This document shows positions 1 through 9,349 of a stretch of 64,000 bases of DNA, piece by piece. Position 1 is the stretch's first letter. Each line of letters starts with the position of its first letter. Source of the DNA: an uncultured Pseudobdellovibrionaceae bacterium (GTDB lineage Bacteria > Bdellovibrionota > Bdellovibrionia > Bdellovibrionales > JAGQZY01); the NCBI GenBank assembly GCA_964579625.1, contig CAZOGU010000004.1, positions 5,496-69,495 on the forward strand, read 5' to 3'. The translations under genes and the position numbers were made by a program. The notes under the pieces are model-generated. The model saw nothing but the letters and a program-made list of their open reading frames with translations, did no database searches and was not told the DNA's origin.

Positions 1-267
1 GGTGAAAAAGTTCAGTGTAATATCTATGTTAAAAAAGAGCCCATGGCCCGACAAAATACATTTGCTCAATTGTTCGAAGAACAGATTACACCTTTTAGTG
101 GGCGCGCGACTGCTCTTAAAAGAAAACCACTTATGGATTCGACAAAAGCCGTTGATTTTATAAAAAACTCGGGTCTTCCGAAAGACGTGATTAATGACAA
201 GCTCCAGGTTCTTGATAAATTTTTAAGCTCTGAGCCCGGCGGCATTCTGACATACGAATACAAGTAG
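1..267 (+). CDS. Hypothetical protein, probably a 3' fragment; the frame is open to the left window edge and there is an internal ATG at 43
   Basis: Frame 1 has no stop from base 1 to the TAG at 265-267. No motif recognised. Confidence 0.35.
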   Translation, partial: GEKVQCNIYVKKEPMARQNTFAQLFEEQITPFSGRATALKRKPLMDSTKAVDFIKNSGLPKDVINDKLQVLDKFLSSEPGGILTYEYK

Positions 268-273
268 GTTTTA

Positions 274-915
274 TTGAACTCTGCGGTGACCATTGTCTTT
301 CAAAATACTCATGTCGTCATCGTTGATAAACCTGCACAATGGCTTTCAATCCCAGGTCGCGATCCAAAAGATGATCGACCTGTTTTGGCTCAAGTGCTTG
401 AGCAGCAATTCAAAACAAAAATTTTTCCGATTCACCGCCTCGACGCCGAAGTTAGCGGTTTAATCATGTATGGATTGAGTTCTGAATTTCATCGCGATGC
501 CAATCTTCTTTTTGAAAAAAAATTAATCAAAAAAACCTATCAAGCCATTTCTTCCACATGCACCATCGCCGTTGGCGAAAAAATGATATGGAAAGCTCAA
601 ATTCTCCGCGGCAAAAAGAGAACGTACGAATCTCCACACGGCAAAGAATCCATCACCGAAGCACAAATCATCCAGAAAAAAGAGTCCCTCTGCGAATGGC
701 TACTGAACCCAGTGACAGGTCGATCTCACCAGCTCCGTTTTGAACTCTCACATCGCGGATTCCCGATCGTGGGAGACACCCTGTACGGATCACAAGTGGT
801 ATGGACGGAACCGGGAATCGCACTTCGCGCCCTCCGAATCGACGTCCCTGCTGACTTTGCCAGTCGTTGGTCACTCCCCGAGACGATCGAAAACGATCGA
901 AAACTTAAATTTTAA
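274..915 (+). CDS. RluA-family pseudouridine synthase
   Basis: VIVDKPAQWLSIPG, the HRLDAEVSGLIMY catalytic-Asp motif and the GRSHQLR motif. TTG start in the ORF track. Confidence 0.85.
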   Translation: MNSAVTIVFQNTHVVIVDKPAQWLSIPGRDPKDDRPVLAQVLEQQFKTKIFPIHRLDAEVSGLIMYGLSSEFHRDANLLFEKKLIKKTYQAISSTCTIAVGEKMIWKAQILRGKKRTYESPHGKESITEAQIIQKKESLCEWLLNPVTGRSHQLRFELSHRGFPIVGDTLYGSQVVWTEPGIALRALRIDVPADFASRWSLPETIENDRKLKF

Positions 916-1004
916 GTAAAAAAGTTAGAAACTAGACTCTCGTCGTGATTCTCTTCGAGAAGAAGTTTGTTATGATATTCGTGAACATCATAGAAAGGAA
1001 GTCT

Positions 1005-2006
1005 ATGTTCTACACTCTCTCTTTAAAAACTCTGCTCTGCGTACTCCTGGCGAGTCCTTCGTGGGCTGCTCCAAAAAAGACGCCACCCATGACTCACTAC
1101 ATGGCCATTGCCACTGCAAATTCCGTCAACCGCTGGGGCACCGTGGAGGAATACAGGAAAGCGCTGGGTCGCTACATTTCAGCAAGCGAAATGGCAAAAC
1201 TGAATTCCGAATTTACAAAATACGGCGTTAAACCGACCGATCGTTTTCCAAAAATGATGTCAAAAGAAAACAAAGCTTATTTCGATAAAGAAAATTATAT
1301 CCTCTATGATAAAAAATCCATGACTGTGAACGGGAAAAAACTGTCCTTGAAAAAAGCAACACCTGCGGACTTGTTTGTTAATATTTGCAATCAGATTGGG
1401 TGCCTCAAAACAACGGCAAGCTTTTCTCTATTTCCTAAAGCAAATGCAAAGTTTAATACAAAAGCGGGATTTTTAGCGGGCCTAGCTTTATTTGCAGGTG
1501 CATCCTTCATGACTCTTGATCGACCTCCAGAAGAGAGAAGAAAGATCAGTCTTCGCGCACTGGCTGTGGGAATTATCGGCGGCGGATTTTTTGCTGACGA
1601 ACTCATAGGGTCTTGTGGTGGAAAATGCGAGACTCAGTGTGATGGTGACGATTATTCAATTAGACGCCAAGATGACTACAGATACATGAACGAAACCCGA
1701 CGTGGTTATGGCCGAGGTGGTGATGATCGCAGCGGTGCAACTCGTATCTACGCTGATGATTTTAGAAATAGCCCGAACGATTACCAAGTCGGCGACTCTA
1801 GATACAGCCCATGCGGTGGTGACTCTCCCACCGATCTCGCATGTGACATAGGAGCTAGAAACTGCAACGGTGGTGGCGGAAGCGGCGGCAGCGACTACCG
1901 CCCAGGCAACGAACTCAACGAAGACATTGGCGGCGCCACAGTTGTCGATAAATACAATGGCGAAGCCAAACGCGGTACAACCAGCCTCCCCGTTAAGAAA
2001 AAATAA
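1005..2006 (+). CDS. Secreted/membrane protein of unknown function with a Gly/Asp/Arg/Tyr-rich C-terminal tail
   Basis: The internal ATG at 1005 is preceded by GAAAGGAAG and opens a signal peptide (MFYTLSLKTLLCVLLASPSWAAP). Hydrophobic segments occur mid-protein. No family recognised. Confidence 0.55.
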   Translation: MFYTLSLKTLLCVLLASPSWAAPKKTPPMTHYMAIATANSVNRWGTVEEYRKALGRYISASEMAKLNSEFTKYGVKPTDRFPKMMSKENKAYFDKENYILYDKKSMTVNGKKLSLKKATPADLFVNICNQIGCLKTTASFSLFPKANAKFNTKAGFLAGLALFAGASFMTLDRPPEERRKISLRALAVGIIGGGFFADELIGSCGGKCETQCDGDDYSIRRQDDYRYMNETRRGYGRGGDDRSGATRIYADDFRNSPNDYQVGDSRYSPCGGDSPTDLACDIGARNCNGGGGSGGSDYRPGNELNEDIGGATVVDKYNGEAKRGTTSLPVKKK

Positions 2007-2056
2007 ACAAAGGGCTGAGGCCAACCTCACCCCAAACTCTCAAAGCAAAGACTTCC

Positions 2057-2086
2057 AAAGCCTCCCACAAGGAGGCTTTTTTTATT
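2057..2086 (+). terminator. Rho-independent terminator after the 1005-2006 gene
   Basis: AAAGCCTCC-CACAA-GGAGGCTTT stem-loop followed by a T run. Confidence 0.6.
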
Positions 2087-2104
2087 AATACACAATCACG
2101 AAAT

Positions 2105-2306
2105 ATTTTTTAAAATTTAGAGATTTTTCAAAAGAGTTCTTAAGTCGACCTCCGTTGAGCGTGACGCGATCGTGAGCGAAGCGAACGACAACGGCAGAGC
2201 CAAGGAGGGACAGAGAGTGCAACTCGTTTGCGAGCTATGCTCGCAACTGTCCCGGACGAGCGTGTCGATTTAAGAACTCTTTTGAAAACTCTCTAAATTT
2301 TAAAAA
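2105..2306. repeat. Copy 1 of a hairpin element of about 200 nt: 44-bp AT-rich outer stem and 114-nt GC-rich conserved core
   Basis: 2105-2148 pairs with 2263-2306 (one T-C mismatch, one G-T). The core shares identical blocks of about 26 nt with 61908-62014. Lies 15 nt 3' of the uvrC stop. Confidence 0.8.
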
Positions 2307-2321
2307 AAGATTTTCGTTGTA

Positions 2322-4061
2322 TCAATCTTCTGGCAGAAAAGCCTTCTCCCGAAGTTCGCGGTGGAAGCTGATTGCAAAACGATGAGCCTCATCACGGAGG
2401 GAAACCAAAATTCGAAACGCCTCCGAGTTGGCTGCAAAAATCACAGGGTTCTGTCGATTGGGCAAATAAAAACGCTCGAAGGTTTTTTCGATCTTGTCAT
2501 CCCCAAATTGTCCTTTGGTTCGTTCTTTGGCAAGACCGACAATCGGAATATGTTGCTTATTCAAAGCCTTTAATGCTTCCATGGCAAACTTGAGTTGTCC
2601 TTTTCCGCCATCGACGACAATCAATTGCGGCTCTTCCCACTCATCATGTTTAAGTCTGCGAGATAATACTTCCTTCATGGCTTCAAAATCGTTCATGCCT
2701 GCAAAGGATTTGATTTTGTAGCGACGATATTGATCTTTGTTAGGAACACCATCCACGAAGACCACTTGCGAAGCCACAGTCTCCTGTCCCTGAAACGTGG
2801 AAATATCATAACACTCGATACGTCGAGGATAGTGAGGCAAATGAAGTTTGTCTTTGATAAGCTCCAAGGCCTGTTTTTTTTCTTCGTTTTTAGTGACATG
2901 GTTTTGGAACTTCTTTTCAGCGTTGGTTTGCGCCATTTCTAGCAGCTTTTGACCGATACTGCTGGTTGGAAAAATAATTTGTGTGGGATGATCCGAATAG
3001 AGCTTTAAAACCTCAGTTAATAGCTTGCGCAAATCATTGCCAATATCCAGAGGCAAAAGAATTTCGTCCGGCACAACGTTTTCGGCATAATACTGGTTTA
3101 AGAATGTCATCAACCAATCGCGCACATCCTCGTCGGGTGAAGAAGAATCAAGTAGCGGAAAGAAATGTCCCTTATGACCAATCACAGCCCCCTGGCGAAC
3201 GTGAACGGAACAGATCAGAGTTCCACGTTGATCGCCGTAAAAACTAAAAATATCTTGGTCTTTATCAATATCTGTATTGATCACAGACTGTTTTTCTAAA
3301 ACCCGTTGAATGGCCTTAAGACTGTCGCGCACGCGGGCGGCCATCTCAAATTTTTCTTGCTCGGCAAGGCCATTCATTTGTAATTCGAGATTTTTAAGGA
3401 GTTTGGCATTTTTGTTTTTGAAAAAGTTTTGAGCTCCTTTAATGGACTCTCGATAATCTTCTTCGGTGATCAATCCCACGCAAGGCCCTGAGCACTTTCC
3501 GATGTCGTAAGAAAGACAAGGTCTTTTGCGACTCTTAAAATAGTGATCCGTGCAATCGCGGAGCTTATAAACATTGTTTAAAAACTCAATGGTATCGTGA
3601 ACGATCTGCCCGCTCAAGTAGGGGCCAAAATAAGTCGCCCCGTCGCGCTTCACTTTGCGGGCGAGATAAAAGCGCGGAAAATGATCCTTGAGAGTGAGTC
3701 GAATATAGGGATAGGATTTATCATCTTTGAGACGAATGTTATAGCGTGGGCGATGCTTTTTGATCAGTGTGGCTTCGAGAAGAAGCGCTTCGGCTTCTGT
3801 CTTTGTAACGATGTACTCAATATGAAAAATGTTTCTGACTAAAAATTGAGTTTTTGGACTTTCGTGATTTTTTTGAAAGTAACTTCGCACGCGGTGACGC
3901 AGCTCTTTGGCTTTTCCCACGTAGATAATCTTCGAATCTACATTCTTCATCAGGTAAACACCGGGGCTCACCGGGAACTCTGTCACCAGTTTTCGAAGAG
4001 ATTCGATTTTGATTTCGTATTTTGTTTCGGCCACGGTCCATTCTAGCGGAGGCAAAAACAA
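2322..4061 (-). CDS. uvrC: Excinuclease ABC subunit C
   Basis: N-terminal GIY-YIG (PGVYLMKN..IIYVGKAKELRHRVRSYF), full UvrC-length architecture and a C-terminal HhH region. TTG start. Confidence 0.93.
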   Translation of the reverse strand: MFLPPLEWTVAETKYEIKIESLRKLVTEFPVSPGVYLMKNVDSKIIYVGKAKELRHRVRSYFQKNHESPKTQFLVRNIFHIEYIVTKTEAEALLLEATLIKKHRPRYNIRLKDDKSYPYIRLTLKDHFPRFYLARKVKRDGATYFGPYLSGQIVHDTIEFLNNVYKLRDCTDHYFKSRKRPCLSYDIGKCSGPCVGLITEEDYRESIKGAQNFFKNKNAKLLKNLELQMNGLAEQEKFEMAARVRDSLKAIQRVLEKQSVINTDIDKDQDIFSFYGDQRGTLICSVHVRQGAVIGHKGHFFPLLDSSSPDEDVRDWLMTFLNQYYAENVVPDEILLPLDIGNDLRKLLTEVLKLYSDHPTQIIFPTSSIGQKLLEMAQTNAEKKFQNHVTKNEEKKQALELIKDKLHLPHYPRRIECYDISTFQGQETVASQVVFVDGVPNKDQYRRYKIKSFAGMNDFEAMKEVLSRRLKHDEWEEPQLIVVDGGKGQLKFAMEALKALNKQHIPIVGLAKERTKGQFGDDKIEKTFERFYLPNRQNPVIFAANSEAFRILVSLRDEAHRFAISFHRELREKAFLPED

Positions 4062-4097
4062 TTTGTCATCTTATGGAATATAGAATAAACACCAAAT

Positions 4098-5495
4098 ATG
4101 ATCTTTTTTATCGGCTTGTATCTTCTCGTTCAATTGGGAATTTGTTACTGGGTGGCTCGCAAGGTCCATAATTCCAGTGATTTTTTTCTGGCAGGTCGCA
4201 ATCTCCCCACGCCTGTTGTGGCGATGTCTCTTGTAGCGAGTTGGTTTGGAGCTGAAACGTGTATAGGCTCTTCAGGAGCCGTTTACATGAGTGGTCTCTC
4301 TGGGAGCCGCGCTGATCCTTTTGGGTACAGTCTTTGCCTCTTACTTATGGGACTTTTTATTGCCGCGCCCTTGTGGAGAGGTGGATACATCACTCTCTCC
4401 GACTTTTATGCAGATCGCTACGGGCCATGGGTTGAAAAATTGACGGCTTTTATTTTAATTCCTGGATCTCTGATTTGGGGAGCTGCGCAGATTCGCGCCT
4501 TTGGGCAGATTGTCAGTAGCACCACTCAGTTGCCGGTGGAAACCACGATCTTCTTCTGCACATTTGCAGTGGTGGTCTACACTCTGCTCGGAGGGTTGCT
4601 CGGAGATATTCTCACCGATATGGTCAAAGGCGCTTTGATCTTTTTTGGTTTAGTCTGCCTCTTTGTGATCGTTCTTAACAGTGAGGATTTCAGTTGGTCT
4701 TTGTTTTCGACAATGAACCCAAGTCGCCTTAGCTTTCTCTCCGCCGAAGAAAGTGTCTTTCAGCGCATGGATCGTTGGGCCATTCCTATTTTGGGATCCC
4801 TTGTAGCTCAGGAGCTGATTTCTCGCACATTAGCGGCAAAATCTCCTGAAGTGGCGCGAAGAGGCAGTTACTGGTCATGTTTTATCTATCTCTTTCTTGG
4901 TAGTATCCCACTTTTTTTAGGACTTATCGGGCCGCAGATTTTCCCTAACGTCACACATAACGAGCAATTTCTGACCAGTTTGGCCGAGCACTATCTGCCA
5001 CCGGTTCTCTATGTGATTTTTGTGGGCGCATTGATCTCGGCCATTCTATCGACCATCGACACGATCTTACTTTCCGTCGCAGCCCTGACTTCACAAAACA
5101 TTATTTATTCTCTTCTTAAAAACAAAAGCGAAAAACGCAAACTTCAGGTGGCACGACTGATTATTGTTGTTGCTGCTCTTGTTGCCTATACCATCGCTCA
5201 CTTTTCGAGTGGCATTTATGCCCTTCTGGAGTTGGCGTCCTCGTTTGGAACTTCGGGACTGTTGATCATTACGTTTTTCGGAATCTATAGCAAATGGGGC
5301 GGCCCCATGGCTGGAACTTTAGCCCTGGTAGCTGGTATGATTTTTTATCAGCTTGGGGATCTGGTGTGGGGACTCGAAGCCCCATTTCTCATTGCAATTT
5401 TGGCGGCTTTTATCGGCTACGCGACAGGTTCCCTCATTGAGGGTGGGCATCATCATCGAATCAAGCGACTGCTTATCAAATCTCCAAATTTATAA
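4098..5495 (+). CDS. Sodium:solute symporter (SSS) family transporter
   Basis: FFLAGRNLP..VASWFGAETCIGSSG N-terminal signature and a multi-pass hydrophobic profile. Confidence 0.8.
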   Translation: MIFFIGLYLLVQLGICYWVARKVHNSSDFFLAGRNLPTPVVAMSLVASWFGAETCIGSSGAVYMSGLSGSRADPFGYSLCLLLMGLFIAAPLWRGGYITLSDFYADRYGPWVEKLTAFILIPGSLIWGAAQIRAFGQIVSSTTQLPVETTIFFCTFAVVVYTLLGGLLGDILTDMVKGALIFFGLVCLFVIVLNSEDFSWSLFSTMNPSRLSFLSAEESVFQRMDRWAIPILGSLVAQELISRTLAAKSPEVARRGSYWSCFIYLFLGSIPLFLGLIGPQIFPNVTHNEQFLTSLAEHYLPPVLYVIFVGALISAILSTIDTILLSVAALTSQNIIYSLLKNKSEKRKLQVARLIIVVAALVAYTIAHFSSGIYALLELASSFGTSGLLIITFFGIYSKWGGPMAGTLALVAGMIFYQLGDLVWGLEAPFLIAILAAFIGYATGSLIEGGHHHRIKRLLIKSPNL

Positions 5496-5631
5496 TAAAA
5501 AGCAGTCGTATTTGCTTATTTATCGGGCGTTGTGTTTTTTCTTATAAAATTTATTAAAACAGTGTTGAATAGTCTCCATTCCTTACGTACAAGTGAGGTG
5601 TTTTAAAATCGAGCGCCGTGGGAGGGGAATT

Positions 5632-6447
5632 ATGTTCAAATGGATTTTGAGCCTTTTACTTGTTATTACTGTTGAAAAAACGTTCGCCGAAAAGGAAACC
5701 TACTACGGTTACCTAAAATCCTCACCGGCAACAAAAGAGAATCTTTTTACCGTTCTCAGCTCTTACCACCTCCCTAAAAACAGTGGCGATTTAATCCTCC
5801 CCTCCTGCTCAGAGTACGAATGTTTTACACACTCCCCTGTTTCCTACAAAAAAGCCCGCGAACTGATCTTTGGTTTTTTGTATCTCGAAGGATCAACACC
5901 GCAGACTTATTCCATCGATACTTATTACTGCAATAAAACCCTGACCAATAAAGATTTTTCCAAACAAAATCAATTAGCTCCCATGCAAATCCCAGACAAC
6001 AACATCGTGAACGTCGAGCACGCTTGGCCACAAAGCCATTTTACCAATCAATTTCCAAAAAGTTTTCAAAAAGCGGATCTCCACATCCTCTTCCCGACGA
6101 TGAGTTACATTAATTCCATTCGAGGCAACTTTCCTTTTGGTGAAGTTCTCACGGCCAAACTGGAGCCCTGTACACAAGCGACTTTAGGTATCAACTCGGC
6201 GGGCGAGCAGGTGTTCGAGCCAGATGACATCATTAAAGGCGATATGGCTCGCGCCATATTTTACTTTTCGGTCCGCTACAAAGTGAAGGTCGATAAGAAT
6301 CAAGAGGCAGCGCTTCGTCGTTGGCATCAATTGGACAGCCCCGACGCTCGCGAAATCGAACTGAACGAGAAAATTTTTGATATTCAAAAGAACCGAAATC
6401 CTTTTATTGATCATCCCGAGTTTGTGGATCACATCGCAGATTTTTAA
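5632..6447 (+). CDS. Secreted endonuclease I family DNase
   Basis: The ATG at 5632 follows GGAGGGG. Signal peptide, then NVEHAWPQSHF, ADLHILFPT, NSIRGNFPFGE and NRNPFIDHPEF motifs typical of the EndA/Vvn/Dns family. Confidence 0.85.
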   Translation: MFKWILSLLLVITVEKTFAEKETYYGYLKSSPATKENLFTVLSSYHLPKNSGDLILPSCSEYECFTHSPVSYKKARELIFGFLYLEGSTPQTYSIDTYYCNKTLTNKDFSKQNQLAPMQIPDNNIVNVEHAWPQSHFTNQFPKSFQKADLHILFPTMSYINSIRGNFPFGEVLTAKLEPCTQATLGINSAGEQVFEPDDIIKGDMARAIFYFSVRYKVKVDKNQEAALRRWHQLDSPDAREIELNEKIFDIQKNRNPFIDHPEFVDHIADF

Positions 6448-6453
6448 AAAAGA

Positions 6454-6478
6454 AAAGGTCGGAAGTGATCCGACCTTT
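6454..6478. terminator. Bidirectional stem-loop terminator between convergent genes
   Basis: AAAGGTCGGA-AGTGA-TCCGACCTTT, flanked by an A run upstream and a short T stretch downstream. Confidence 0.6.
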
Positions 6479-6505
6479 CTGATGAAGAGATTTTTAACTT
6501 AAAAA

Positions 6506-7477
6506 CTATTCAAAACAACCAGCGCCCAAGAAAACCTTCTCGCCGTTGTAGATGGTTGAATACCAAGCTTTGTCATGAATCTTAACATGCACTTTGCGAC
6601 CATGTTTATAATTTCCAATCACTTTTGAGTCTGATGATGGAAACGTGCGCATACTACAAGTCGGCGAGGTGATTTTGGCAAATTTGCCAGAATGCATGTT
6701 CGCCACATTGCGTGTTCTTTCCATAGCAACTTGCTTACGTTCCTTTTTCTCTTCGTAAGCTTTGTCTACTTCGAGTTCCACTTCGATCTCATCGAGCTTT
6801 TTAGCAATCTTTTTTAATGAGTCGCGATGGTCTTGAACAATGCGAAGGTATTCTTTTCCTTCGCCGCCATTCTTTTCCATCGATTTTTTTGCTTTTTCAC
6901 GAACATACTTTAGTTCTTGCTCAGCACGAGTTAAGTCTTTTAAAGCCGACTTTTCTGTGCGCTTCATCTCTGCAAGCTTCGCTTCTTCTTTTTGCATGCT
7001 TTTTTCGACGTAGTCTCTTTCCGTCAAAGCTTCCTTCTTAAGATCAGCATAGCGTTGAGCTTCTTTTTTTACTTTTTCGTATTCAGCTTGCGACTTTTCG
7101 ATATCCAAGCGTGTTTTATCGATCGCCTCTTTGGCTGTATCGATATCTTTCTTGGCTCTTTCGATTTCGTCTTGTGCCTCAAGGATCTTCTTTTCGTTGA
7201 GTGCAATTCGCTCACGGGCGCGATCTTCTTCGCGGCGGGCTCTCTTTAATTCACCACCGGCTTTTTCTTTCATCACCGATGCTTCCTTTTTTTCTTTTTC
7301 CATTCGCTTCGCGGTTTCGACCTGTTCGGCTTTGGCCGCCTCGGAGTCCGCGATGGCTTCTTCGACTTCCATCATTTCACTCTGAAGCTCAGTTGGATCG
7401 TCGGCAAGTGCCGTGCTCTGCAAGCAGAACGCCGACAGCGCCAATATCATTGATAGTTTCTTTGTTGTAGTCATCAT
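6506..7477 (-). CDS. Secreted Lys/Glu-rich coiled-coil protein with a C-terminal SH3b-like domain
   Basis: Signal peptide (LSAFCLQSTALADD), about 230 aa of heptad-like KE-rich sequence, and a C-terminal SH3-like segment (GRKVHVKIHDKAWYSTIYNGEKVF). Confidence 0.6.
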   Translation of the reverse strand: MMTTTKKLSMILALSAFCLQSTALADDPTELQSEMMEVEEAIADSEAAKAEQVETAKRMEKEKKEASVMKEKAGGELKRARREEDRARERIALNEKKILEAQDEIERAKKDIDTAKEAIDKTRLDIEKSQAEYEKVKKEAQRYADLKKEALTERDYVEKSMQKEEAKLAEMKRTEKSALKDLTRAEQELKYVREKAKKSMEKNGGEGKEYLRIVQDHRDSLKKIAKKLDEIEVELEVDKAYEEKKERKQVAMERTRNVANMHSGKFAKITSPTCSMRTFPSSDSKVIGNYKHGRKVHVKIHDKAWYSTIYNGEKVFLGAGCFE

Positions 7478-7631
7478 ATGAACCTCTCCTTCATCATCTT
7501 TCTATTTCTGAAAGACTCTTCGGAGGTCCTGATGAAAATTTAAATACTTAGGTCTTAGGACCTTGCAGAACAAGATAAAAATGGATTTGTTTTGATTTGA
7601 GATCTCAAATTGAGATCATGTGTTATTAATT

Positions 7632-9179
7632 TTACAGTTTCTTTATTTTCTGACTAAGTTTGCTATGTTTAGCTCCATATCCAAAATAGATCACAAAGCC
7701 GATCAAAAGCCAGACCAAGAGCCTGTACCATGTATCATGAGGCAGTCCCATCATCACCCAAAGGCAAGACACTGCTCCAAGTGGACACACCAACCAATAG
7801 AGAGGGGTTTTAAACGGACGAGGGATTTCGGGATTGGTATGACGAAGGATAAAGACACCGACACAGACGAGGACGAAGGCGAGCAATGTTCCGATGGATG
7901 TCAGTTCTCCCACAAGGCTCATCGGCATGATTCCTCCACAGAGGGCCACAAATACGCCGGTCACGGCCGTTGCAATATGTGGGGTTGAAAAACGTGGATG
8001 AACGCGATCAAACCATGGAAGAAGGCCATCTTTGCCGATGGAGTAAAAAACTCGAGTTTGACCAATCATCATCACTAAGATGACAGAAGACAATCCACAG
8101 AGAGCGCCAAACTTTACAAAGAAGGATAAAAGTTTTTGCAAATACGGGTCCCATTGTCTTAAAGCAACGATACGATCCACACCCACAGCAACAGGATCAG
8201 AAACTCCCAATTCTTTATAAGACACAACACCCGTCATGGTCAGCGACATCAATATATAGATAGTCGTGCAAATAACGAGGGATCCTAAAATGCCGATAGG
8301 GAGATCCCGCTGCGGATTTTTTGACTCTTGCCCCATGGTAGAAATCGAATCAAATCCAATATAAGAAAAAAACACCACACCCGCTCCGGTCAAAACTCCA
8401 CTCAAGCCAAAGCTGTAAAACTCTTCTCCGTGACGAGTACTTAACCCATAAGGTGGAATCAACTTCATCAGGCCGCTAGCGTCTGGATTGACAATCCAAT
8501 TTTGGCTATCAATCACACCCCAGCCGACAATAATAAAAACAAGAATAATTAAAACCTTCACCATGACTATTATATTATTGATAAAGGCACTTTCTTTAAT
8601 CCCACGATAGAGAATGTACGAAACAAGAAGTGCAATAAAAGAGGCCGGAAGATTCCAGTACCCATAAGCCATAGAACCGTCAGAAAGCATCACTTGCTCC
8701 CACGGGCCTTTAGTGAAAAGCATAAATCCATCGGCAAAATGAATTCCCAATGTTTTAGTTAACAGAGACACCATGTAACCTGACCACGACGCCGAAACGG
8801 TGATGGCACCAAATGCATACTCAAGAACCAAATCCCAACCGATAATCCACGCCACCAGTTCGCCCATGGTTGCATAGGAATAAGCGTAGGCAGAACCTGA
8901 CACCGGAACCATCGACGCCATTTCGGAATAGCAAAGTCCTGCAAGAGCACATAAAATTCCGCCAATTATAAAACTATAAACAATTCCAGGGCCCGCATAA
9001 TTGGCAGCGGCTGTTCCTGTGAGAGAAAAAATTCCAGCACCGATGATGGCGCCAATCCCAAGCATGGTTAAGTTGAAGGCACCAAGATGACGCTTGAGTG
9101 TGTGCGTCCCTTCGCCAATATTTTTATCAGATGCTTCTGCAACCAAATAGGCGATCGTTTTTTTTGTGAAAAGCCCCAA
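7632..9179 (-). CDS. APC-family amino acid permease
   Basis: FNLTMLGIGAIIGAGIF signature and roughly 12-14 TM segments. TTG start. Confidence 0.85.
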   Translation of the reverse strand: MGLFTKKTIAYLVAEASDKNIGEGTHTLKRHLGAFNLTMLGIGAIIGAGIFSLTGTAAANYAGPGIVYSFIIGGILCALAGLCYSEMASMVPVSGSAYAYSYATMGELVAWIIGWDLVLEYAFGAITVSASWSGYMVSLLTKTLGIHFADGFMLFTKGPWEQVMLSDGSMAYGYWNLPASFIALLVSYILYRGIKESAFINNIIVMVKVLIILVFIIVGWGVIDSQNWIVNPDASGLMKLIPPYGLSTRHGEEFYSFGLSGVLTGAGVVFFSYIGFDSISTMGQESKNPQRDLPIGILGSLVICTTIYILMSLTMTGVVSYKELGVSDPVAVGVDRIVALRQWDPYLQKLLSFFVKFGALCGLSSVILVMMIGQTRVFYSIGKDGLLPWFDRVHPRFSTPHIATAVTGVFVALCGGIMPMSLVGELTSIGTLLAFVLVCVGVFILRHTNPEIPRPFKTPLYWLVCPLGAVSCLWVMMGLPHDTWYRLLVWLLIGFVIYFGYGAKHSKLSQKIKKL

Positions 9180-9349
9180 AGTAGCCCCCTAAGAAAATGT
9201 CAAAATTGAATAGAAAATCGAATACACCAAAGCCTTATTGATGGCCATATAAAAACCAACACAAACCTGACATTTTCTCATTCTGGAGCCGGTTTGAATT
9301 TATTACATCTTGGCTTGCCTATAAGAGGTGAATACCGAATAATCTCTTT

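Noticed and set aside
883-902. 10-bp direct tandem repeat ACGATCGAAA x2 at the 3' end of the RluA-family gene
   Set aside because: It has only two units and lies inside the coding sequence. It alters at most the last few codons and is too small to call a repeat feature.
2105-2306. Interpreting the hairpin element as a retron msr/msd, a MITE or an IS end
   Set aside because: No reverse transcriptase or transposase ORF lies next to either copy. The terminal inverted repeats are not shared between copies, as MITE or IS ends would be. I cannot exclude a non-autonomous element served in trans, so the interpretation is demoted rather than excluded.
6817-7470. Four plus-strand ORFs of 74-89 aa (6817-7041, 6992-7249, 7131-7385, 7201-7470)
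   Set aside because: They are antisense mirror frames of the Lys/Glu-rich coiled-coil gene. They are Ser/Phe/Leu-rich low-complexity translations with no signal of their own.
9180-9349. Possible Pho box upstream of the PhoX-like gene
   Set aside because: There is only a single weak CTGACAT half-site, and no properly spaced second repeat was found by eye.
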